Shown here piece after piece: positions 15,025 through 36,954 of a DNA stretch of 64,000 nucleotides. The position numbers and the translations under genes were made by a program. The notes below the pieces were generated by a model. It made no database searches and had not been told where the DNA came from. It worked only from the letters and a program-made list of their open reading frames with translations. The DNA is from Eledone cirrhosa (taxonomy: Eukaryota): contig OZ024743.1 of assembly GCA_964016885.1 (NCBI GenBank), forward strand, positions 57,040,001 through 57,104,000, given 5' to 3'. The number at the start of each line of letters is the position of its first letter. The first letter of the stretch is position 1.

Positions 15025-15086
15025 CATATATATATATGTATACATATATATATATATACTTATATATATATGTATACATATACATA

Positions 15087-18000
15087 ATGAATCTGGCAAA
15101 AGAACTGGAAAAAAAACATTCGAGCTATCACCCAGCACCACCCTCCACTATCACCCCACTGCACAAACTCCCATTGCTGCCATTAACAAACAAACAAATT
15201 AACAACACACCAAAACAATTAAAATCTTCCACTCTCGCCTCTACATTTTTGCTTAACGCCCAAGGCATCAGCCCTTCCACCAATACTCAAAAATGGAAGA
15301 TCAAATTCCTGGAGGACTGGATTGATGTCCTTCCAAACCACATCCCTTTCTTCGTCCTCACTGAAACCCATCTCAGTAACCTCCACTTGGAAGCCGAGGT
15401 GAAAGTGAAAAATTTCAAAGCCATCCGTGCTGATCGCGCTGGCAGAAGAAAGGGCGGGACTGCCATTTATGTCCATAATTCTTTCTCAACAGAGGCTATG
15501 AACATATTCACTAATGGATACTGTGAAGCAGTCACTGTATTCAGTCAAACCAACAACCTAATAGTAGTTGGGCTCTATAGGCCACCCCAAACGCCTGTAC
15601 CATGCTTCAAGGAATGCCTCAACAGCATAAAGTGTTTCATCCAAGAGTGTCACCCTGACAACATCTTAATGATGGGGGACTTCAACCTCCCCCGGAGTTG
15701 ACTGGTCCACAAACAGCCTGCCACCAGGTACAGGGAAGCAGTGGAATCGCTTCTTGACTTCATGGATGATTTCTTCCTATCCCAACTGGTGCTCGAACCA
15801 ACGAGGTGCCACAAAAACGTCCTAGACTTAATTTTCAGCAATCACACTGACAATATCCACAATATTGCAGTGGAGAAAACTCTACTCTCTGATCATGACA
15901 TGGTTCTCTGTGATCTGAGATTCCACCGTCCAATATACAAACCCAATGTCATCTCTCCTGTCCATCCGTTTGACGCTATGGATTTCCACAATGCAAACTG
16001 GGAAGCGATCAGTCATGATCTTGCACATGTCGACTTGTCCTTCACGCACACTCATACACCCACTAACATCAAAAAGTCCTGGCAGACATTTGTGGACACT
16101 GTTACAAACATATGTGCAAAACACACCCCATTAAGAACTATAAACAAATCTAAGAGCAGAATCCCTAGAAATAGAAAAACGCTCATCAGAAAAATTAAGA
16201 GAACGAACAAAAAAATCAACAAGCTGAAATACTGTCAGCAGCAACACATCAACTTGACTGCCATTTCATCACTAGAGATTAAAAAACATAACCTCCAAAA
16301 CAACATAATGTTCCTCATCAACAATCAGAGAAGAGCTGAAGAGGCCTGGGCCATTGAGAAGATCAAACTCAATCCCAAAGTGTTCTTTTCATTTGCAAAA
16401 AAACACAAAATCACTGGCTCTACTGTTGGCCCTCTAATTGATGAAAATGGCACTCTTCAAGACAATGCTAAAACCATGGGTGAGATACTGCAGAAACAAT
16501 ACTGCTCTGTTTTCAGCAATCCTGATATGGCCGATCTGGGCTGTATCGGCGATGTTACTCCCCATTACACCTTATCGGACATAACGTTTGGCGCCCCTGA
16601 TGTCTTAGCGGCAATAAAGGAAATCAAGCATAATTCAGCAGTAGATCCCGATAGGTTCCCTGCTTGTGTCTTGAAGGCGTGTCAACACCAACTTGCATCT
16701 CCTCTTGCCAATCTGTGGCGGAACTCACTGGATGCTGGATATGTGCCAGAAAACCTTCTATCCCAGTCTGTTGTCCCAGTTTTCAAAAAGGGAAACAAAT
16801 CCCTTGCCGTGAATTACCGTCCAATCTCACTCACCTCTCATATCATTAAGGTATTTGAGAGAGTGGTGAGATCGCGAATGACCCACTTCCTTGAGAGTAA
16901 CAATATACTGAACTCCAACCAGCATGGATTCCGTAATGGAAGGGATTGCCTGACGCAGCTACTGCATCACTTTGATGACATTTTGAGAGCCTTGGGAGAG
17001 GGTTCCAACACTGATGTTATCTACCTTGATTTCAGCAAGGCCTTTGACAGGGTTGATCATAACATTCTACTGAGAAAGCTGTCCAATATTGGTGTCACTG
17101 GAAAGCTGCTGCAGTGGATCAAGAGCTTCCTGTCAAATAGAACCCAACATGTTGTAGTTGAAGGAGTCAAATCCAGCCCAGCCAAAGTCAGTAGTGGGGT
17201 CCCACAAGGCACTGTGTTGGGCCCACTTCTCTTCATCATCTATATTAATGACATCACTGACATCATCAAACACAGCAACATTAAAATTTTCGCTGATGAT
17301 TCCAAGCTCCAAAAGGTCATCAATGGTGTGGATGACCGGATAAGTCTTCAGTCAGACCTACTGGCTGTTACCCAATGGGCGGAAAAGAACAACATGTTAC
17401 TGAATGAAGACAAATTCGAACTGATCCACTTTGGAAAAGAGGATGCTCTGAAACTCCCGTACTCCCTTCCCTCCGGGGAAACTCTCGTGGCATCTAACAA
17501 CATCAGAGACTTGGGAGTAACCGTGGACAGCAACATAAGCTGGGCCACGCATATAAGCAGCAAAGTTGACATGGCCCGCAGAATGTGTTCCTGGATACTC
17601 AGAACCTTCCAGTCGAGAGATTCCCACACCATTATCCTTCTCTTCTCTACTTTTGCCCGACCACACCTTGAATACTTTTGTCCACTGTGGTCTCCCCACA
17701 CGAAACAAAGTATCATGAAACTTGAAGCTCCTCAAAGGGCAATCACGAAAAAGATAGATGGCATGTCAGACCTTGACTACTGGGGTCGACTAGAAAACCT
17801 GAAACTTTACTCACTCCAACGTCGCCGTGAGCGTTATATTATCTGCATGATGTGGAAAATGTTCCATCATCACTGCCCAAATGATGTTGGCATCGCCTTC
17901 AAGATACACCCAAGGCTTGGGCCCCGTGCTATCCGTCCCATTTAAAAATCTAAATCGCAACTCATAACAACAATACGGCACAATTATTTCACCTCAATCG

Positions 18001-18260
18001 GCCCTGCTCTCTTCAACATCACACCAGGACACGTCAAAACAGAAACTGACCACACAAAATTCAAGAAGTCTTTGGACAAATTCCTCCAAGTAATCCCGGA
18101 CAAACCACCCACACCCGGATATGTCTCCGCAAACTAATTCTCTTCTCGAATGGGCAATGGTGCCCAAATCCTGAATTGAAAGACTTCGCCAGGTGGTGCT
18201 ATTAAGTTAGACATGGCCTGGGCCAATACTGGCCAAAACATTTCAAAGTTATTCAAAGTT
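15087..18260 (+). mobile_element. CR1-clade LINE, 5'-truncated (ORF2 APE endonuclease + RT), decayed
   Basis: APE motifs LNAQG, LTETHL, RADR...GGTAIYV, LYRPP, GDFNLP, LDLIF, SDH; RT motifs NYRPISLTS, QHGFR, YLDFSKAFD, SGVPQGTVLGP, FADD, SLQRRRER; (TTCAAAGTTA) tail. Confidence 0.92.
15240..18176 (+). pseudogene. CR1 ORF2 with frameshifts at ~15690-15740, nonsense TAA at 17943 and 2-bp deletion at ~18135
   Basis: ORFs 14910-15701 and 15741-17945; the frame continues past the stop into [10 protein letters not shown]; comparison with the copy at 13089. Confidence 0.85.
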
Positions 18261-27410
<9,150 letters not shown>

Positions 27411-28199
27411 TAACATATATCCGTATATGTTTGTTCATGTGTGTATGTATATATGTGTATGTTTGTGCAATGCTATGCCAATATGTCATTTGTACGCTAA
27501 TATCTCGAGTTGGCCGTTCCATTGATCAAACAAATGGAACACTTATTGTCGCAAACGTCGGATGCCGAACAACAACAACTACTACTACTCTAGTTTGTCT
27601 GATCTTTGCACTCAATACCCTAGTAAAACATTGATTTGTAACATACTTTAAAGGTTGTGTCTCAACTTCCAACGATTCCTGAATTGGTAATAAAATATCT
27701 TATTTTCTCCAATATCCTTGGCACTCATAAACCTCTCTTCCAACTTCTCTAGTAATTAAAAGCCTACTTATAATGGCGTACAAAGGAAGCATCTTATTAA
27801 ATATACAACCTCAGTAAATATTTGCTTTTGTGATCCATATTTTATATTGACTCTTTATCGATATTAGACACTTGAACATTATTTTATTTTTCCAAATATA
27901 ATTCATTAGTAGAGAAAAGCAATGAAGAATGACATGATGCTGAAATTAGATATGTTCTTGTATTCTTTTTTCTAGTTTCAGTCATTAGATTCAGGCCATG
28001 GAGGAGCACCGCCTTCATGGAATTTTGATGATTATATCGAACCCCAGTACTTATTCTTTGAGGTTTGGCTCTATTTTATTGATCACTTCTTGTTGAAATG
28101 CTAAGTTTTGTTACATAAACACAAACAAACGAAAACACAGACAAGTTATGCTGCCTTGTGCCAAAAGTAGAAACAATTTTATATATATACATCATTATC

Positions 28200-28375
28200 A
28201 TGCTTTGTAGCATAGAGTTATGACCCTTTACGTTAGTTTAAATCCTGCCAAGGTTAGATTTGCCTTTCATCCTTACGCCGTCGATAAAATAAAGTACCAG
28301 TAATGCACTGGGGTGGAATTAATCGACTTTCCACTTCCCCAAAATTGCTGGCCTTGTTCCTAAAGTAGAAACCAT
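28200..28375 (+). mobile_element. SINE family A copy
   Basis: Core tgcctttcatccttacgccgtcgataaaataaagtaccag and tail ttgctggccttgt. Confidence 0.75.
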
Positions 28376-28552
28376 TATCTAATACCTCGATTTAACTCGG
28401 GATCTACACACACACATATATATATATTAGTTAGGTGTGTAACTACAGTTACAGGAGGTGCACCGTTCGAAGCACCCGATGCTGTTACGAGGTCCGTTCC
28501 GTTTGGGTTGTATTCCATACGGCTGTAGTATGCCGAGTGTAAATATATATAG

Positions 28553-28660
28553 GTCAGCCCAAGGCTATGGTAGAAGACACTTGCTCAAGTTGGCAGGCAT
28601 AGGGAGTGAAATTGAAACCACGAGACAACAAAGCGAACTCCTTAACCACACACCCGCTCC
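28553..28660 (-). mobile_element. tRNA-derived SINE, family C (other copies ~41710-41825, 59420-59585, 61080-61140)
   Basis: Shared gtagaagacacttgc.caag...gcgaactccttaaccacacagc. Confidence 0.65.
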
Positions 28661-29559
28661 TATATGTTTAATACATTTTATATATCGTCTATGTTAGGGG
28701 AACTACATGTGTTTGTCCCCAGGTGCACACTAATTGTACAGACCGATATGATCAAAGGTGTTTTAACTGTGGTTTTTATTTAGATAGTATATCTAGGAAT
28801 ACAATATGCCATGTAACCTTCCCTTTTTAACATGGCAGAATTTGACGTGGGGAATATATAGGCTCTATTTCCTGTAGCTAGGGTGAAACTCCTTCCTTGG
28901 CATGTCTTTGTTATTTTGTAGCTACAGTATGACCGAAAGCTTCGGGTTCGATCCAATTGCGTGGTAACATGTGCAAGTGTCATTTACCATGTCCTCGGGT
29001 TGACTTAATCCATGTTAGTGAAATTGGGTAAACGGAAATTGCATCGAAAACCATCGGATGGACTATACCTGGAATTCAAAGAGTTAACCTTGTCTCACAC
29101 TTTATAACGTTGGATCTTCATGAGAATTGTGTGGAATGCTCACTATAATACAAAACGAATTGTACTTGTAATTCAAAAGATCAGCCTTGTCACACATTAT
29201 GTCTAGCTGAAGTTCACTGAGAATTATATTATGGGTACACGTGTCTGTGGAATGCTCAGCCACTTTCACTATAATTTTGTGGATCGAACAACTGGAACAC
29301 TCATCGTTGAAACCAATGGAGGTTCATTCGATATAATTTAGAGCTACAACTTCCGAAACAATATATGTCGTATGTTATTAAATTTTAAAATTTCATTATT
29401 GTCACAATTTTAGGAGTAAATAAATATATTAATAATTCATGTCATCCTTAAACTGATCAAATCAATATCCAATTTAATGTGGAATGTATTTCGTACCCTC
29501 CGTTATTGTATAGCAACTTCAAATGGGTATGGGTGCTGGTAAATATTTTATGTGTGGGA

Positions 29560-29860
29560 AGGCGCTTGACTTAGTAGTAAGGCTGTTGAACTTACGATCG
29601 TAAGGTCGTGAGTTCGGTTCTTGACCTTCTGTCTGTGTGTTGCCGTCTTGAGCAAAACACTTTATTTCACGTTGCTTCAGTCCACCGAGCTGAAAAAAAA
29701 AAAGAACTAAGTGTAATTCTAAGGACCAGCGTCAAATCTCCCTGACAACTACATTAAAGATACACGTGTCAGTAGAATTCTGAGTCACACGTTCATTTCA
29801 GGCTTTTCCGTTGTTTGAAGGGTACACGTGTCTATGGGAAAAACCGACGGCAGTCAGTGT
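29560..29860 (+). mobile_element. SINE family B copy
   Basis: tRNA head (gagttcggttc), cttgagcaaaacactttatttcacgttgct and tail fragments. Confidence 0.7.
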
Positions 29861-29892
29861 GTTATCAAATATATTACACGCGCGTGTTAAAT

Positions 29893-29965
29893 ACAGTAAA
29901 ATTCCGTTATAACGAAATTCATGAAGTATAAAAAAAATTCGTTGTAACGAAAAATTTGTTATAAC
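29893..29965 (+). mobile_element. pogo/Tigger-like terminal inverted repeat fragment
   Basis: TA|CAGTAAAATTCCGTTATAACGAA with repeated (c)gttataac subterminal motifs. Confidence 0.45.
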
Positions 29966-30254
29966 TAGCTCGACCTGACACCTGTATATGTTCGTTAAAT
30001 ATGTTACATGTAATATATTTAATAACAGACATACGTATGTGTTATATATGTTACATATGTGAATGGAGAGACTTTATGCATGTGTGTTGTTAATTATATT
30101 ATTTGTCTTTGTTGTTAAATGTGTTACCGCTGAGTTGGACAGACACTACGTGTGTTGGAGATGAGCGACAGAGGGTATGAACAATCGAATGACCAATGGA
30201 AATATAGTTTCTTTGGTTCGATTAGAGAATCGGCTGCTTTCCCAGTTTTCAGCT

Positions 30255-30447
30255 GTAATTAAAAAGTTCGGCTCGCTACTAGGTGGTTTCTGTGTAGTTA
30301 AAAAATTCGGCTCGCTACTAGGCGGTTTGTGCGTAGTTAAAAAGTTCGGTTCGATACTAGGCGGTTTCTGCGTAGTTAAGAGGTTCGGTTCGCTACTACG
30401 CGGTTCTTGTGTAGTTAAGAAGTTCGGCTCGCTACTATGCGGTTTCG
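30255..30447. repeat. 39-bp minisatellite, ~5 copies
   Basis: (gtagttaaaaagttcggctcgctactaggcggtttctgt)n. Confidence 0.9.
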
Positions 30448-31559
30448 AACATCCTAAAGCAGCTTCTAATTAATGTTGAAGACGAGCCTTTCTCTCAAGT
30501 TCATTTCAACCGTCTAACTTAGAAAATAATGTCAGGGAAAATCGAGAAGTTAACTCCCTTGCAAACTAAAATTAATGTAGCCTAATGGTTGGAGTGTTGG
30601 ATTCAGGAACATAAGATCGTGTGTTCGATTCTAGGACCGTGCAGCATGTATTTTTGAGCAAGTCACTCTAGTGCACGTTGCTTTTCCCCGATAGGACTGG
30701 ACCCCCTATCATAAACACACCTGAAAGAACTCCTATGAGATGCACGATAATAGGAGGCCAGCCAAACCTGTACAAGTGTGAACTGAATGTTTATTTAAAC
30801 AAATAAATAACAAAACCTGAGCTGCTTCACTTATATCCTAGTAGTGTAATACATCAGTAGTCTGCAATCATTTCTCTTGGGTTCATTTCAACTGTAACTT
30901 AGAAAATATTATTCTAAAAATAGATTTACTAATTCAAATGTTTACAGTATCTTCACTAAAGGACAAATTGTTGTGAAAAAATTGCAGCATTAGAGTGAAG
31001 ACTTATTTTTAATGTAAGGCATTCATAGTAATGCTTTGCACTTTTCAAGAATGTCTTGCTAATGAAGTTTCTAGTGATGCTGGGGGTTAAGAGTTAATTC
31101 CCTTGTAAAATATATTTAATCTTGACAGAGTTGTTACACTGATATGTTAATAACGTATTCCAATCACTAACACTAGCACTCTGCAAGAATGTCCCTCACA
31201 TGATTTGGCTCAATAAATAGGATTCAAGCTACCAATGATCAATAAAGACAGACTTTTCAAGTCGCATGTAGCTATACCTTCTCAGATCGGTTTCATTTTT
31301 TGGATCGGAAACTTTTTCGGACTGCTTAAGTACATGGTCTGGCCTCAGGTCCTCTTCTAAACACACTGTAAACTATGGATATCCCCCCACCCCAAGGTCT
31401 TGTTTATTCTTTCACATACTTCATACGCTCTCGTGTATTCTATTATATCTCCTACTCCACACATTATACACTGTGGTATATGTTAAGGTTTTATAATGTC
31501 TCGTCCCACGCATCATAGACTCACATACGAGCACTTCTTGCTCACATATAAAAGACTAC

Positions 31560-31591
<32 letters not shown>

Positions 31592-32769
31592 AAAGTCAAT
31601 GGCAGTCTGACAGATACCGTTTCAGTCATCGTCTCACTATTACCACTGGCGAAGATCTGTGTTGTTTAACTCTCTGCCACTTTCAGCACTACAACGGCAT
31701 TTGTTCCTCTGAAGTAGCTAGTCCTCCCTCTCCTGTTATTCTCTTTCTCTTATCAGAGACCGAAATAATTATTTCTATTCAGATTTCTAACATTCGTAAG
31801 TTGTAGAGGAACTGACTGGGACGCAGCTAGGGCTCCCGTAATATTTAAGGGAACCCAAAATAATTTGTTTTTGCTACCGTATATAATACGCAATAACCCC
31901 GATGAAATTTTAGCCAGGTGCCTCATGAAAGCTTAATCCGTCCCTGCTGGTCCTTAGGGACATACCCCCCCCCAAGAAAACAACAACAACACAAAACAAA
32001 AATCATTTGGAAGTAAGCTACTAATCAATCTGGAGCACTGATCCACCTGGAATACTGATCCCCCAGGAATTTTGATACTCTTGATCCTTTTTGAGCGTTG
32101 ATCCACATGGAGCACTGAGCTATCAGGAACTGACTGTTCAGTTAAATCCTGGTGGATCATAAAACATTTAGTTACCACCATTTAATATTATATATCATAG
32201 TTGACTGAAAATGAAACAATTTCATCTTTTGGAATAAAAGCAAAAGAAGAAAAAAAGCAAAGAAAACCACCATATTATTTATTTTAGGGGGTTTAGGGAA
32301 AGAAACCCTTTTGTCTCTCAACGGTTGCACAGGGTGATAAACAAATGGAAGAAAACAAAACAAAAACATTTCCCACAAAAATGTGTAATTTTTAAATGAT
32401 TTAAGTTAATAATGACTTTTTACATAGGCATGAAGCCCGAGGATTTTAGGGAAGAGGGTAAATGGGAAAATGTGACGTTCATGCCTTTCCCAAGGGCATT
32501 AGCAACATAAATGAAACTAAGTGCTGCTTTCAACCGAGAATCGAAACCGTATCTCAGACTTGATTCACCGGTAGCTTACCTCAACTCTACGCTGCTCGCC
32601 AATTTAATAATGAAAAAAAAAAAAAAAAAAAAAAAAAAAAGAATTTCCAAAATGACAAAATACGAACAGCTGTTCATATAGTAAAGAATAAAATATACCA
32701 AATATGGGCTTCCTCCCGCCCTTTTTTCCACATGGAATTTAATATACCATTATTATTATATTAGTGTGT

Positions 32770-33090
32770 GTCAGACCTCCGCCAGTTCTGACGACGAGTG
32801 TTCCAGTAATTTCGATCAACGGAACAACTTCTTTGTGAAATTAACGTGCAAGTGGACAGGCATTCTGCAGACACGTGTACCCTCATAACGCAATTCTCAG
32901 GGAGATTCAGCATGAATGTCAAAGCTGTCCATTTGAATTACAGGTACAACTCATTTTTTCTAGATGGGTTGACTAGATCAACGTTAAATAAAGTGTCTTG
33001 TTCAAGGATAAAACGAGTCACCCAGTCGAGCAATGGAACTTTCGACCTTACGATCCTGAGTGAACCCCAAAAACCACTAAGCCACACACT
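32770..33090 (-). mobile_element. SINE family B near-full copy (other minus copies ~36575-36825, 42490-42682, 44555-44695, 47180-47415, 48715-49020, 56505-56645, 58390-58690)
   Basis: Shared ataaagtgtcttgctcaag...cgaactcacgacctta...accactaagcc. Confidence 0.75.
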
Positions 33091-33332
33091 TTCACATTAC
33101 TATTATTATTATTATTAGAAGAGACATTGGCGGTAATTGGTTTAAATCAAGGAGAATTTGTTTTAAAGGTACAGTGAATTTCTGTTTCTAAGAAAATACT
33201 GAAATGAATTGAAAGAAGTAATGAGATCAAATGGAGACTTAAAGATGGGATTTTATGAGAATGTAATTTTAAAGTTACGAGATTTTTTTCCCATTTATAT
33301 ATTTTAAATCAGTGAAGAATGTTGTAGCTAAA

Positions 33333-35765
33333 TTAAACAGCAGTTCCAAACTCATCTTTGTAACTGGCAGTTGGGGAGGAAACTGGACTGTTTATATCTC
33401 CATTTACTACACTGGACCTACTGTAGAATCGGGGTGGTTTTCTTGGAGCTAAACTCCCAAGACTTCCAACTGAAGAATACCGCTTGTTCGTGTCTTCTTT
33501 AGGTTTAATTTGTGGTGAAGTAAAAGTCACACTGCGCTTTGGACAGTCATCGCTAGATACAGGGGAGACACTACAAGGTAGCACCTTGTTTTTGCTTCCG
33601 AATATTGGATCATAGGAGGAATTATATACAATGTTAGGATTCTGGTTCTTTGAAAAGAGATAATCATTGAGAGGTTCATGATTGATCATTATGTTATAAA
33701 ATTCTTCATTGTCGTTGTTATTGCTTTTATGGCGACGATTTGTGACATAGTGAGGTGGACCTGTTTTGAAGGATGAATAAGAGCCAATAGTATTTCTTGG
33801 AAAAGTTGTTAGTGGAACTTCTTTGACATTTCCCCGTTGTTTACTTTGGTGTGTTGGTGTATTTTGAGCACTTAATGTTGATCCAAGCAAAGGTGAGGCA
33901 GACTCAGAAAAGGGGTGATCTTTTTGAAGCCAGCAGGACGTGTTATTCGGCTCAAGTTCAGAATGTGTTTCACTAAAACGTGTATTGAGTGTATTAGAAG
34001 TATAGAGCTGAGAAACATCTTCAGAATCAACAGGATCGGACTTGAACGAGACATAGTTACCATCACTGACTACAGTTTTATAAAGAGGATCCATTTCCCC
34101 CATATCCATTTGGTCTTCATCACAACTCCGGTTTTTAACATCCGAACGATTTTTCTTTTCAAACAAGTCCTCAATTGTGATCCGCAGTTTTTCTTGACGT
34201 TTGCGTTGGTTTTTTATATGTCTGAAAACTAACAGCAACATCAGAAGAACTATTAATACCAGAGTAATGGCCACGGAACAAATTATTGCTGTTTTAGCAT
34301 TGAAAATAGTTTTTTTCGTCTCCATTTCTTCCAATGGTAATCTGTTTGGGTTTAGCTCTAGGCTTACTTTGTACGTTACCGAATCTCTGCCCATGGGATT
34401 TCTGGCTAAACATTTATAGAAACCGATATCTTTCTTCTGGAAATTTTTAATAGTTAGAACCAAATTTTGAATATTTTCTAAATACTCGACGATCCTATAA
34501 TGATCGTTGTTGCTATCTCCACGAATGCGCCTGTCGTTATGAAGCCATATCATTTCAGCTGGAGGATCAGAATATAACCTACATGTTAAGTTCACATTGG
34601 AACCAGCTTGTATCTTTACAGACGTTCCACTAGAATACATCATAATCTTACAAGCAAATTGATGTTCAGGTACTTTCATAAAATCTTTTCTCATATTAAT
34701 ATGAGGCCCAGAACAAATAGGCAATATTGTATTTGAAGGCCATTTCATATAGCTTCGTTCTACCCAATCTCGTAACCAACGTAGCTTACAATCACACTGC
34801 CAAGGGTTGTTGTACAGGTTTAAAGTTTCAAGGTCATGTCCGGAGTTGTACAATGCTCTTGAAGACAAGCTTTGCAGTATATTATTTTGAATGTTCAAAC
34901 TTCGAAGAGAAACGAGAGAGGTCAAAGCATAGTCATCTATCACAAACAATCGGTTTTTGTCAAGTTTTACCGTAGAGAGTTCTTTTAGAGTGGGAAAAGC
35001 ATGTTGGCTAATGTGTTGTATATTATTACCACTAAGAATCAGTGTCTGTAACGCAGGCAGGCTCTTTAGGGCTTCTGTTGGAATTGTGGTCAACATATTA
35101 CCTTTTAAATTCAAAGAAACCAAATTAACCAATCCAGTAAAGGCATTAATATGTATATCCTCTATTGAATTTTGACATAATGACAAATTGCGCAGTTCGT
35201 CGTACCTGGCAAAATATATGATGGGTGTCGTAAGTTTTATCATGTTATAGTCTAAGTTTAGTTTCCATGTCTTCACGTGTAAATCATTTGGTACGTCTTC
35301 CAGATTCCTCTGACTGCAGTTTACAGAATAAATCTCCCTATAGTTCACCTCTGTAAGACAGACTGGTTCTCGTGATGAACTTGATGAGAAGGATAACACT
35401 GGGAAACTATATAGAAGCAGTAGAAAAATAGAAAATCTGAATATCTTCAGACACTGGGAAGAATTTCTGTTTAAGTTAGTGGAAAGTTTTGGAGAAATAT
35501 CCTTCTTTAATAATTTCGATGACCAAAAAAAGGGATATGCCGCGTGAAAGCAGGAAAAAGACACTCCTACACGAGTACAACTAAATGAAGGGTTTTCTTC
35601 ATCAATGTCTAAAGAATTTTCCTGTTCCATTTGTTCTAAAATTCTTTCAATTTTTTTCTTTCTTTTCTTTTTTCTGTATATTTCTGTTTTTCCTTTATGT
35701 TGTGTGACGAGAAACTGGAAAACTTGCAGACATTGTTGGAACCAGGGATATCCAAGATGAGCCAT
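33333..35765 (-). CDS. Leucine-rich repeat + Ig-domain single-pass membrane receptor (Kekkon/LRRC24-like LIG protein), 810 aa, one coding exon
   Basis: Hydrophobic signal-like IFRFSIFLLLLYSFPVLS; ~7 LxxLxLxxNxL repeats; LRRCT NPWQCDCKLRWL...C.GP; Ig domain VNLTC...W...DIGFYKCLARNPMG; TM IICSVAITLVLIVLLMLLLVF + basic stop-transfer; C-terminal class I PDZ motif GTAV. Confidence 0.92.
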   Translation of the reverse strand: MAHLGYPWFQQCLQVFQFLVTQHKGKTEIYRKKKRKKKIERILEQMEQENSLDIDEENPSFSCTRVGVSFSCFHAAYPFFWSSKLLKKDISPKLSTNLNRNSSQCLKIFRFSIFLLLLYSFPVLSFSSSSSREPVCLTEVNYREIYSVNCSQRNLEDVPNDLHVKTWKLNLDYNMIKLTTPIIYFARYDELRNLSLCQNSIEDIHINAFTGLVNLVSLNLKGNMLTTIPTEALKSLPALQTLILSGNNIQHISQHAFPTLKELSTVKLDKNRLFVIDDYALTSLVSLRSLNIQNNILQSLSSRALYNSGHDLETLNLYNNPWQCDCKLRWLRDWVERSYMKWPSNTILPICSGPHINMRKDFMKVPEHQFACKIMMYSSGTSVKIQAGSNVNLTCRLYSDPPAEMIWLHNDRRIRGDSNNDHYRIVEYLENIQNLVLTIKNFQKKDIGFYKCLARNPMGRDSVTYKVSLELNPNRLPLEEMETKKTIFNAKTAIICSVAITLVLIVLLMLLLVFRHIKNQRKRQEKLRITIEDLFEKKNRSDVKNRSCDEDQMDMGEMDPLYKTVVSDGNYVSFKSDPVDSEDVSQLYTSNTLNTRFSETHSELEPNNTSCWLQKDHPFSESASPLLGSTLSAQNTPTHQSKQRGNVKEVPLTTFPRNTIGSYSSFKTGPPHYVTNRRHKSNNNDNEEFYNIMINHEPLNDYLFSKNQNPNIVYNSSYDPIFGSKNKVLPCSVSPVSSDDCPKRSVTFTSPQIKPKEDTNKRYSSVGSLGSLAPRKPPRFYSRSSVVNGDINSPVSSPTASYKDEFGTAV

Positions 35766-35783
35766 GCTGCCACAATTTCCTTC

Positions 35784-35805
35784 CTGTAAAATAGAATAAA
35801 AAATT
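35784..35805 (-). other. Splice acceptor of the main coding exon (exon starts 35783)
   Basis: Minus strand ttttttattctattttacag|GAAGGAAAT, 18 nt upstream of and in frame with the ATG at 35765. Confidence 0.7.
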
Positions 35806-36954
35806 TAAATATGAACCAAAAAGTCAAATGGTCATTTATTTTGAATAAGCAGAGTCATTAGGGCCTCGGATTAAATACCTCGGTATTTTTTCCTGTATCA
35901 CTGCACTCTAAGTTCAAATGTCGGTGATGTCAACTTTGTTTTTAATCCTTTTGAAGTCGACAAATAATGTACCAGTCCAATACTAGGTTCGATTTTTCCT
36001 CAATCTCTTAACCCCTCTCTCCTTCCCCAAGACATTGACTGTGTTCCCACTTAAAGAGGTCTGGGCTCCACCAGTGTTAAAATGCCCAAGATACGCCGTG
36101 TTAGAACGGTACCCCTACGACTCCCTCAAGAGTTAAGGGCTCTTTCCTAACGAAATAAAGAAAACTTTATAATCCAATTGTCGCGATTGTTTCGGAAAAG
36201 CCGGTAAGATGCAAATTAGAAATAAAATAGTAAGAAAAACAAAACAACAGTTTACATTCTTACATTATATTTCGAGGCTAGAACCGCTTTTGTCAAAAGA
36301 AAAAAAAAAATGGAGTGTGAGGCTGGCGACAAGTTGTGCTCTACTGCAAGCAATATAGTTTTTATGAAGCACAATGGAATATGTAATTACGTTTATTTTG
36401 GAAAAGCCGGTAAAATTCAAATTAGAAATGAAAGAGCGAAAACTAGAGTAGAATAAAATACACCCCCCGAGAAAAAAAAAACAAGGCAAAAAAAGACACC
36501 CCTCCTTACAGAATCGTAGAAACGCCGTGTCTTGTTCATTGTAAAGCTAGCAAAGCCCATCACTCCCCAGGTTTGAAAGAGAGAGAGAATTGGAATGTTA
36601 CTTATCTGACGACATTGAGAGGTGCAAGCCCGGCATGGTGTTTAAAGAAGACCAGCAGTTGCCCATGTATGCCAGTTTCTTCTCCATACCACCGATGTTG
36701 TCCAAGGCTAATGCCACTAAGCACCAATGTGGTCATAACTAATTTTTTCCTCGGAAGACAGAACGCACCACCCGGTCTGGGAATCGAACTCATGACATTA
36801 AGATCGTGAGCTGAACACTCTACCCATTTAATATCTTATGAATGGCATTTAGAATAAAATTGGATAAAATATATTTAATGGAGATTACATTATTTTAATA
36901 TTTATGAACACAAATAAAAATCGCAAAATATGTAAATATGAAGCGACAGCAGTG

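Larger units (their letters stand above)
9530..15086. repeat. Large (TA)n/(TACA)n array interrupted by inserts at 9909-10492, 13089-13352, 14363-14405, 14596-14815
   Basis: Direct inspection. Confidence 0.95.

Noticed and set aside
30177-30473. Repetitive 98-aa ORF or CRISPR-like array
   Set aside because: A 39-bp (multiple of 3) minisatellite without spacers
31700-31815. Possible hammerhead (gttcctctgaag...gaaa...gtagaggaac)
   Set aside because: Core reads CUGAAGU, no convincing stem II, and the stem I register is inconsistent
33872-35827. Short ORFs overlapping the LRR-Ig CDS
   Set aside because: Alternative-frame or antisense shadows with no recognisable motifs
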